Part shown: positions 25,800 through 33,376 of the stretch, in pieces | How the letters are laid out: the number at the start of each line of letters is the position of its first letter | Position numbering within the stretch: the first letter of the stretch is position 1 | Origin: Acetatifactor sp. | GTDB lineage: Bacteria > Bacillota > Clostridia > Lachnospirales > Lachnospiraceae | Length of the DNA stretch: 64,000 nt | Reading direction: 5' to 3' | Assembly: GCA_045546495.1 (NCBI GenBank) | Contig: JAZQCX010000093.1 | Span: 10,961-74,960 of the forward strand | Made by a program: the position numbers and the translations under genes | The notes under the pieces: generated by a model | What the model was told of the DNA's origin: nothing | The model's input: the letters and a program-made list of their open reading frames with translations, nothing else | The model's database searches: none

Positions 25800-26822
25800 A
25801 TGAAGAGAGAATTCGATTTACTTTCACTTGGAGAAATCATGCTTAGATTATCTCCGCCGGATAATGAGCGTATTACCAGAGGAGATAACTTCAGCAAGCA
25901 GGCAGGCGGTGCAGAGCTGAATTCCGCTACGGGTGCGGCAATGTTGGGTCTTAGATGCGGTATTATCTCTAAGCTTCCTTCCAATGACCTTGGAATGTAT
26001 ATTAAGAACCGTGTGCGTCTTTGCGGCGTCAGCGATGATTATCTTGTATATGACAGCGATAAGGATGCAAGACTTGGCGTATACTATTACGAGAACGGTG
26101 CATATCCCAGAAAGCCCCGAATTGTATATGATCGTAAGAATACGTCCGTGAATAAGATTTCCGTGGACGATTTCGACGAGAGCCTTTTTAAGGCAGCCCG
26201 TTGTTTCCATACCAGTGGTATTACTTTGGCTCTCAGTCCGCAGGTGAGAGAGACGGCAATCGAGATGATTAAGCGCTTTAAAGCGCAGGGGACTCTGATT
26301 TCCTTTGATGTAAACTTCCGCGGTAACCTTTGGACGGGCCCTGAAGCGAAGGAATGCATCGAATCCATTTTGCCTTATGTGGATATTTTCTTCTGTTCCG
26401 AGGATACGGCGCGCCTTACCTTCTTAAAGGAGGGCGATGTTAAGACGATTATGCGCAGCTTTGCTAAGGAATATCCGTTGTCTATCGTGGCCTCCACCCA
26501 GAGAGTGGTTCACAGCCCGAAGCGTCATTCCTTCGGTTCCATTATTTACAGTGCGAAGGAGGATACCTTCTACGAGGAGGAGCCCTACGAGGATATCGAA
26601 GTAGTAGATCGTATCGGAAGCGGTGACGCTTACATATCCGGTGTATTGTACGGATTGCTTACCGGAGAAAATGACTACCAGAGAGCGCTTGAGTACGGTA
26701 ATGCAGTCAGCGCCCTGAAGAATACCATCCCCGGAGACCTTTTAAGTACGGATTTAAAGGAAATCGAGGGTATCATTAAGGAGCATAAGTCCACCGGACG
26801 AATTGCAGAGATGGATAGATAA
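25800..26822 (+). CDS. PfkB-family sugar kinase (2-dehydro-3-deoxygluconokinase-like)
   Basis: 340 aa. LSLGEIMLRL N-terminus, GGAELNSA, and the C-terminal PfkB signature DRIGSGDAYISG. Confidence 0.75.
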   Translation: MKREFDLLSLGEIMLRLSPPDNERITRGDNFSKQAGGAELNSATGAAMLGLRCGIISKLPSNDLGMYIKNRVRLCGVSDDYLVYDSDKDARLGVYYYENGAYPRKPRIVYDRKNTSVNKISVDDFDESLFKAARCFHTSGITLALSPQVRETAIEMIKRFKAQGTLISFDVNFRGNLWTGPEAKECIESILPYVDIFFCSEDTARLTFLKEGDVKTIMRSFAKEYPLSIVASTQRVVHSPKRHSFGSIIYSAKEDTFYEEEPYEDIEVVDRIGSGDAYISGVLYGLLTGENDYQRALEYGNAVSALKNTIPGDLLSTDLKEIEGIIKEHKSTGRIAEMDR

Positions 26823-26845
26823 GTGTTGAGGGCGGAAAATTTGAA

Positions 26846-28297
26846 ATGACTTTCAGAACGGAAAAGACCGCAGCATGGATTGCATTTATTCTGCTGCTGG
26901 TGGCGTTGCTTCCTGTGATGTATCTGGGACGGTACAATCATCCCACCGGAGACGACTACTATTACGGGGCGGAGACCCGTGTGGTTTGGCAGGAGACAGG
27001 CAGTATTACAGAAACAATTGCAGAGGCTGCGCGTGGCGTGGCGAGAGAATACGAACAATGGCAGGGTACCTACTCTGCCTTGTTTTTGATGTATTTACCG
27101 CCTAATATATTCGGGAATTGGGCGTATCATTTGGTGACGACTGTTGTGTTGTCGTTCTTCACGGCAGGGATATTCTGGTTGCTGAAGCCGGTTTTGTGTG
27201 GTGGGCTGAAAGCGTCGGTGCCTGTATGGGTGACGGTTTCTGCCTGTATAACACTTCTTTGCGTGGAAACAGTTCCCTTTCGGGGAGAGAGCTTTTTCTG
27301 GTATAACGGTTCCATGTATTATACGGGATATCTGGCGGCAACTTTTTTCTTCTTCGGACTGGTTTTGCGTTATTTACAAAAGCCGGGAGCAGGTAAGCTT
27401 ACGGCCCTGATTGCAATAGCGCTGTTTTTAGCAGGAGGAAATTATGTGACGTTGCTTCCGAGCCTTTTGATTATGGTGCTTTTGAGCAGCTGGTTGCTGT
27501 GGCGTAAAAAGCGCGGTGCGATAGGCTGTGTGGCAGTGAGTCTTGCAATGCTTGCCGGGCTTTTAATCAGTGCAATGGCACCCGGTAACCGGGTCAGACA
27601 GGACGGAATGTGGAAAATTCCTGCGTGGAAAGCGATTGCGAAGTCCTTGCTTCAGGGTATTCACTACACCGGTGCATGGGTTGGCGTGTGCTGGCTGGCA
27701 GCAGCACTTGTGGTAACGATTGTTCTGTGGAAATATTTGAAAAAATGTGAGTTCCGTTTTCCCTGCCCTGTGATTGTAATCGGGCTTTTATACGGAATAT
27801 TCTGCTCTATGTCCTGCCCTACCTTTTATACCATGAATTCCACCGGACCTGCGCGGGCGGCAGCTGCGGTGTATTACGGGTTTATGCTTTTTTCTCTGGC
27901 AGCATATGTGTACTTCATCGGGTATTTGCTGCGAAAGAGGCGGGAGACGCGGAAAGAGCTGCATTGCCGGTGGACGTGCGCGGTGGGTGCATGTGGCGTG
28001 GTGTTGGTGGCTCTTATGTTTGCTACAGGCTGTGTGAGCGACTTTACGACAGTGCGGGCGATGAGATTACTGGTAAGCGGTGAGGCAAAGGCTTATGAGC
28101 AGGAGTATAGGGAGCGATATCGTCTGCTGACGGATGAGGGTTTGAGAGAGGTTGTACTGACCCCTTATGTAAACCGGCCGGATATGCTTTATGTGGGGGA
28201 TTTTTCGGATGACCCGCAGGAACCTACATGTGTGAAAGCGGCTAAATTTTTTGGCAAGGATTCCTTGTGCGTAGATTATGAAAAGAGCGGAAAATAG
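26846..28297 (+). CDS. polytopic integral membrane protein; possible GT-C-like glycosyltransferase
   Basis: 483 aa with about 10 hydrophobic segments. An acidic GDDYYYG motif sits in the first predicted extracytoplasmic loop, as in GT-C enzymes. There is a soluble C-terminal tail. Confidence 0.4.
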   Translation: MTFRTEKTAAWIAFILLLVALLPVMYLGRYNHPTGDDYYYGAETRVVWQETGSITETIAEAARGVAREYEQWQGTYSALFLMYLPPNIFGNWAYHLVTTVVLSFFTAGIFWLLKPVLCGGLKASVPVWVTVSACITLLCVETVPFRGESFFWYNGSMYYTGYLAATFFFFGLVLRYLQKPGAGKLTALIAIALFLAGGNYVTLLPSLLIMVLLSSWLLWRKKRGAIGCVAVSLAMLAGLLISAMAPGNRVRQDGMWKIPAWKAIAKSLLQGIHYTGAWVGVCWLAAALVVTIVLWKYLKKCEFRFPCPVIVIGLLYGIFCSMSCPTFYTMNSTGPARAAAAVYYGFMLFSLAAYVYFIGYLLRKRRETRKELHCRWTCAVGACGVVLVALMFATGCVSDFTTVRAMRLLVSGEAKAYEQEYRERYRLLTDEGLREVVLTPYVNRPDMLYVGDFSDDPQEPTCVKAAKFFGKDSLCVDYEKSGK

Positions 28298-28428
28298 CGG
28301 AAATACAGTATGTCTACCCCAGGGAAACCTGCGGTTTCGTAAACTCTACCTCCCTTCGGTTTACTTCTTTGGATGAAAAATCTATGCTGGGGAAAAGAGA
28401 ACGGCAAGGGAAAATCCTTAATGAAACA

Positions 28429-28443
28429 GTTCTCGGAATGGAG
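28429..28443 (+). repeat. copy A of the 15-mer GTTCTCGGAATGGAG, overlapping the SD of the XRE gene
   Basis: Exact 15-mer. 17 nt (..GGAGAT) are shared with copy B. The ATG of the XRE gene is at 28454. Confidence 0.9.
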
Positions 28444-28453
28444 ATTATGAATT

Positions 28454-28849
28454 ATGACAAACAAATCAATGGGAGAAATCATCAGTACCCTTCGTAAGGA
28501 AAAGGGTATGACCCAGAAAGAGCTTGCGGAAATGCTCTACATTACGGATAAGGCAGTTTCCAAGTGGGAGCGTGACATCGCCTGCCCGGAGACCCAGACC
28601 ATACCTAAGCTTGCGGAGATTCTGGGTGTGTCGGTAGAAGAACTTTTGAATGCGAAGACGGCCCCTGCTCCGGAGCGGAGTAAGGTAAAGGATTATGTAA
28701 ATCTGGTGCTGAAAGCGATTCCCGTAGCCATGGGTGTGGCAGTAATTGTTTCCTCTGTATTGGGAGAGGTGGATATAAATTCCGCTGTTACCATGCTGGG
28801 AATCGGGCTCGCGTGCGCGGGAATCAGCCTGCTTGGCAGTAAAAATTAA
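28454..28849 (+). CDS. membrane-anchored XRE-family helix-turn-helix regulator
   Basis: 131 aa. The N-terminus LRKEKGMTQKELAEMLYITDKAVSKWERD is a Cro/C1 HTH. The C-terminal half carries two hydrophobic helices. Confidence 0.8.
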   Translation: MTNKSMGEIISTLRKEKGMTQKELAEMLYITDKAVSKWERDIACPETQTIPKLAEILGVSVEELLNAKTAPAPERSKVKDYVNLVLKAIPVAMGVAVIVSSVLGEVDINSAVTMLGIGLACAGISLLGSKN

Positions 28850-29034
28850 GACGATTGGAAAGCCTGACAAAACAGAGCAAAAAATGTCAAGAAAATATTT
28901 CCCCATCGGTGTATCCTTAAAAGAATCGGGACGAGGATAGCCGGTGGGGATTTTGATTTGTAAAGGGTGAAAACGATTGGATGTGAGCCGGTGAAACCGA
29001 AACCTAAAAACTTATGAGAAAGGGAGGATGATTT

Positions 29035-31287
29035 ATGAAGCGGGAATCAATTGTGATACGGGGGCTGCGCCAGAATAATTTAAAAAATGTATCGTTGGAT
29101 ATTCCAAAGGGGAAAATAGTTGTGTTTACGGGAGTGTCCGGCTCAGGGAAATCCAGTATTGTATTTGACACGGTCGCGGCAGAGAGCCAGCGCCAGATGA
29201 ATGAAACCTATACTGCCTTTATGCGGGGAAGACTGCCTAAGTTTGAAAAGCCGAAGGTGGATTATATTGATAATCTGTCGGCGTCCGTAATTGTAGACCA
29301 GACCAGACTGGGCGGCAATATAAGGTCAACAGTGGGAACCATCAGTGATATGTATGCGGCATTGCGGTTGCTTTATGCGCGTATCGGAACGCCTTATGCG
29401 GGTACGGCTTCGTACTTTTCTTTTAATAATCCGAACGGGATGTGTAAGACCTGTGCCGGTATCGGGAAAATCCTGGATCTGGATGTGGAGCAGACGATAG
29501 ATAAGGAAAAATCATGGAATGAGAGCATGCTGAGTCTGCCGGCATTCCGCGTGGGGAATTATTATTGGAAGCTGTATACCGGGTCGGGATTATTTGATTT
29601 GGATAAAAAGTATAAGGATTATACCGAGGAAGAGAAAAACCTTCTATTGTACGGAAGCCTTGTTCCGGGTGGCGAGAGAGAATATAAGAAGATGGAAGGA
29701 ATTAAAAACCAGTTTCAGAGACTTTGTCTGATGAAGGGGGAGGAAGAACAAACAGATGCCACTCTGAAAAAGCTCGGCAGATTCATGCAGGAGAAAACCT
29801 GCCCGGATTGCGGAGGAAGAAGACTGAATCCAAAAAGTCTGGAGTGTAAGGTGCAAGGCTACAGCATTGATGAAATGTGCGGAATGGAATTTTCCGAACT
29901 GGTAAGAGTATTGGAGAGCATTGAAGACCCGCGTGCCCAGACGATTGTGGAAGCACTGGCGGCGTCCTTAAACAGAATGATAGAGGTGGGACTTCATTAT
30001 TTGTCCATGGACAGAGAATCCTCAACGCTTTCCGGCGGTGAGGCACAGAGGCTGAAGCTGGTGCGTTATATGGGAAGCTCCTTAACGGGAATGACGTATA
30101 TTTTTGATGAACCCAGTACGGGCATGCACCCGCGGGATGTATACCGTATGACAAAGCTCCTGAGAAGCCTGCGGGATAAGGGGAATACGGTTTTGGTGGT
30201 GGAGCATGATAAGGACATTATATCCATTGCGGATGAAATCGTGGATGTAGGACCGTTGGCGGGAAAGAACGGAGGACAAATTCTGTTTCAGGGAAGCTAC
30301 GAAGCATTGTTGCTTTCGGGAACAAAAACGGGAGAGGCGATGAAGCGCGTGATACCGGTAAAGGAAAGTCCGCGAAGCCCCAAGCAGTTTTTGCCCGTAA
30401 GGGATGCCCATATGCATAATCTGAAAAACGTGTCCGTGGACATACCGCTGGATGTGCTGACGGTGGTAACGGGAGTGGCCGGTTCCGGAAAAAGCTCTCT
30501 GATTCGTGATGTATTTGCGAAGCAGTATGAGGACAAGGTGATTTTGGTGGATCAATCACCCGTAACAGCGACAGGACGCTCTACGCCGGCGACTTTCTTG
30601 GGCTTCTTTGATGAAATCCGTAAGGTGATGGCGGCAGAAAACGGTGTGGATGCGGCACTGTTTTCCTTTAACAGTAAGGGCGGTTGCCCGGCATGCGGCG
30701 GCAGAGGTATTATTATTACAGAGCTTGTATTTATGGACCCGGTAACTACGGTTTGTGAAGCCTGTGAGGGAAAGCGCTACAGTAAAGAGGCGCTTTCTTA
30801 CGAATACAAGGGAAAGAATATTGTGGATATTTTAGAAATGTCGGCCGCGGAGGCAAGAAACTTCTTTGGGGACAACAAGAAGATTCGTAAGAGCCTGGAG
30901 GCCATGATTGAGGTGGGATTACCTTATCTTTCTCTCGGTCAGCCCCTTTCCACCCTGTCCGGCGGCGAGCGCCAGAGAGTTAAGCTTGCAAAATATCTGG
31001 ATAAAAAGGGTAACATATATGTGCTGGATGAGCCTACTACCGGGCTGCATGCTTCGGACGTGGAAACGGTGATGGAACTGCTTGACAGCCTCGTAAGGAA
31101 GGGAAATACGGTAATTGTCATCGAGCATAACCCGGATGTGATGAAGCAGGCAGATTACATTATTGATGTGGGGCCGGACGGCGGAACCGCAGGCGGGGAG
31201 ATTGTTTTTACGGGAACGCCGGGGGAGATGATAAAATCTGCTGATACCATTACGGCGGAATATTTGAGAAAATCCACGGGGATGTAA
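29035..31287 (+). CDS. UvrA-like ABC ATPase paralog (truncated form, about 750 aa)
   Basis: Two Walker A motifs (GVSGSGKSS, GVAGSGKSS) and two signatures (LSGGEAQRL, LSGGERQRV). CxxC pairs CKTCAG, CPDCGG, CPACGG and CEACEG. About 190 aa shorter than canonical UvrA. Confidence 0.8.
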   Translation: MKRESIVIRGLRQNNLKNVSLDIPKGKIVVFTGVSGSGKSSIVFDTVAAESQRQMNETYTAFMRGRLPKFEKPKVDYIDNLSASVIVDQTRLGGNIRSTVGTISDMYAALRLLYARIGTPYAGTASYFSFNNPNGMCKTCAGIGKILDLDVEQTIDKEKSWNESMLSLPAFRVGNYYWKLYTGSGLFDLDKKYKDYTEEEKNLLLYGSLVPGGEREYKKMEGIKNQFQRLCLMKGEEEQTDATLKKLGRFMQEKTCPDCGGRRLNPKSLECKVQGYSIDEMCGMEFSELVRVLESIEDPRAQTIVEALAASLNRMIEVGLHYLSMDRESSTLSGGEAQRLKLVRYMGSSLTGMTYIFDEPSTGMHPRDVYRMTKLLRSLRDKGNTVLVVEHDKDIISIADEIVDVGPLAGKNGGQILFQGSYEALLLSGTKTGEAMKRVIPVKESPRSPKQFLPVRDAHMHNLKNVSVDIPLDVLTVVTGVAGSGKSSLIRDVFAKQYEDKVILVDQSPVTATGRSTPATFLGFFDEIRKVMAAENGVDAALFSFNSKGGCPACGGRGIIITELVFMDPVTTVCEACEGKRYSKEALSYEYKGKNIVDILEMSAAEARNFFGDNKKIRKSLEAMIEVGLPYLSLGQPLSTLSGGERQRVKLAKYLDKKGNIYVLDEPTTGLHASDVETVMELLDSLVRKGNTVIVIEHNPDVMKQADYIIDVGPDGGTAGGEIVFTGTPGEMIKSADTITAEYLRKSTGM

Positions 31288-31407
31288 GAACTGTGTGAGC
31301 AGTTGCTTTTTGCAATAATTTTAGGTATAAAATGCCTTCTTTTACAGATACTAGACTTAAATCCAGTAAATGTAAGAGAAGGCGTTTTGGCGCTGAAAGG
31401 AGAACTT

Positions 31408-31953
31408 ATGAAAGCAACAGGCATTGTCCGTCGAATCGATGATTTGGGGCGTATTGTAATTCCCAAGGAAATTCGACGTACGCTTCATATCCGGGAAACG
31501 GACCCATTAGAGATTTATACGGACAGAGAAGGACAGATTATTCTAAAAAAATACTCCCCTATCGGGGAGATGGCAACCTTTGCAAAACAGTATGCAGAAA
31601 GCCTGGCGCAGGTTTCCGGGCACGCGGTACTGATTGCGGACAGGGATCAGTTTATTGCGGCAGCAGGCGGTTATAAGCAGCTGCTGGGTAAAAGCGTAGG
31701 CAGACTGTTGGACGAAAGGGTGCATAATAGAGAAACCATTATTGCAACTCGCGGTGACAGGAATTTTGTTTCCGTTTCCGAGGATGCGGGTGAGGCATAT
31801 CAGCATGAAGCAATTGTGCCGATTCTGTGCGCCGGAGATATTATCGGAAGCATTGTGCTACTCCAAAACGATGTAAAACAACGAATGGGAGAAGTAGAGC
31901 AAAAGCTTCTTCTCTCGGCAGCAGGCTTCCTTGGACGGCAAATGGAGCAATAA
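31408..31953 (+). CDS. spoVT: stage V sporulation protein T (AbrB-family regulator)
   Basis: MKATGIVRRIDDLGRIVIPKEIRRTL is a SpoVT/AbrB swapped-hairpin N-terminus, with a GAF-like C-terminus. AAAGGAGA SD. The track ORF start at 31303 is an extension. Confidence 0.9.
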   Translation: MKATGIVRRIDDLGRIVIPKEIRRTLHIRETDPLEIYTDREGQIILKKYSPIGEMATFAKQYAESLAQVSGHAVLIADRDQFIAAAGGYKQLLGKSVGRLLDERVHNRETIIATRGDRNFVSVSEDAGEAYQHEAIVPILCAGDIIGSIVLLQNDVKQRMGEVEQKLLLSAAGFLGRQMEQ

Positions 31954-31957
31954 AGGC

Positions 31958-33235
31958 TTAAATAACAATCCGGTTTCTTCCGGCAGTTTTTCCTTCGTAA
32001 AGCTTTTCGTCGGCACTGCAGAGAAGCTGCTTTACATCGGAGGTGAAGCCGGATACCAGCCCGAAGGTCATGGTGACGGATATGGTCTGGTCATCATAGA
32101 CAATTTCGGAATTTCGGACTGCTTCCAAAATGGTCTGAAGTAATGCGTATGCTTCGTCGGAGGTGGCGTTTTGGAATACCAACAGAAATTCCTCGCCGCC
32201 CCAACGGGATGCGAAGCCTTTGCCGCGCATGTGCTGGCGAAGGATGGAGGAGACACGTTTTAACACCGCATCACCGCAGTCATGTCCGTAGGTATCGTTG
32301 ACTTTCTTGAAAAAATCTATGTCGCCCAAAACCACACAAAAAGGAATTTTCTTAGCGTAGCACTCGGCGGTTAGCTGGCGCAGCTGCTTGTCGCCGGAAC
32401 GGCGGTTGGCAAGGGCGGTCAGCGCATCCTGCTCCACGAGGTTGTAGAGAGACCTCTGCATATCTAAGGCACAGTGCGCAATTTCGCCGATTTCATCGGA
32501 GCGGCCCAGCAGCTTCATATCAAGCTTTGCCTTCAGGTTACCTCCTGCCACCGATTTCAAAAAGGTGTGGAGCTGCATCAGGGCAGAAGCAATCTTGCCG
32601 GTGTAGCGGAAGGTAAAGAAGGATACCAGAATCATCAATAATATATCAGCAATAACCAGAGGATAGAGCGCTTCCTGAACGGCGTTGTTTACCTTAAAGC
32701 TGGGTTTCCCCGCGAACAACATACCGACAACAGACCCATCCTGATTAAATAGCGGTACATAATAGGAAAAGTAGCTTTTTCCGTAAATAACGGTTTTTTC
32801 GTAAAAACGCGGCATCCCTGTTTCGAGGACCTCACGAATTACGGTGTCGGGAGCCCCCGAACCGACAATGCGGACACTGTCGCCGTCCGTAATGGTGGTC
32901 AAAATACGGGTGTTCTTATAAAACAGAGTAATTTCCAGGCCGGTTTCCTTTTTGATGCGGTCAATAAGGGCATAGTCGGTGGTGATGTTGTCCTCACCTT
33001 TGTACAGATAATAAGCGTTTTCGCCTACAAGCTTATAGTCACCGGGGTGCAATTCATCTATCATGGCGGATAAGGAAACAACCATGTTGGACAGCTCGGT
33101 TTCCACTTCCGCATACATGGATTTTTTGAACCAGTGAGAGCCTAAAATGAGAATTAAAAAGCCCAGAAAAAGAAGCGGGATGATATTCAGAGCCTGTAAT
33201 GCGTAGGAAAGCTTTCCTCTGCTTTTGGATTTCAT
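31958..33235 (-). CDS. membrane sensor diguanylate cyclase (periplasmic Cache-like domain, HAMP, GGDEF)
   Basis: 425 aa. Two TM segments flank a roughly 170-aa sensor domain. HAMP-like linker. Active-site motif RWGGEEFLLVF. Confidence 0.85.
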   Translation of the reverse strand: MKSKSRGKLSYALQALNIIPLLFLGFLILILGSHWFKKSMYAEVETELSNMVVSLSAMIDELHPGDYKLVGENAYYLYKGEDNITTDYALIDRIKKETGLEITLFYKNTRILTTITDGDSVRIVGSGAPDTVIREVLETGMPRFYEKTVIYGKSYFSYYVPLFNQDGSVVGMLFAGKPSFKVNNAVQEALYPLVIADILLMILVSFFTFRYTGKIASALMQLHTFLKSVAGGNLKAKLDMKLLGRSDEIGEIAHCALDMQRSLYNLVEQDALTALANRRSGDKQLRQLTAECYAKKIPFCVVLGDIDFFKKVNDTYGHDCGDAVLKRVSSILRQHMRGKGFASRWGGEEFLLVFQNATSDEAYALLQTILEAVRNSEIVYDDQTISVTMTFGLVSGFTSDVKQLLCSADEKLYEGKTAGRNRIVI

Positions 33236-33376
33236 CGGTTTCCTCCTGTCGGAATATGTCTGAAAAATTCAGAATCTACAGAATAAGTATACTAATTTTG
33301 CAGATAGAAAGCAACAGTCCTTTACTTTTTGTATGAGATTTGATAAAATAATTTTATATTGGGAGGATAGCACATT

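Noticed and set aside
31288-31407. A sigma-G/sigma-F type forespore promoter upstream of spoVT (GTATA ... CAGATACTA)
   Set aside because: The match to the GHATR-N18-CATxxTA consensus is only partial and the spacing is ambiguous. It is too weak to call without transcript mapping.
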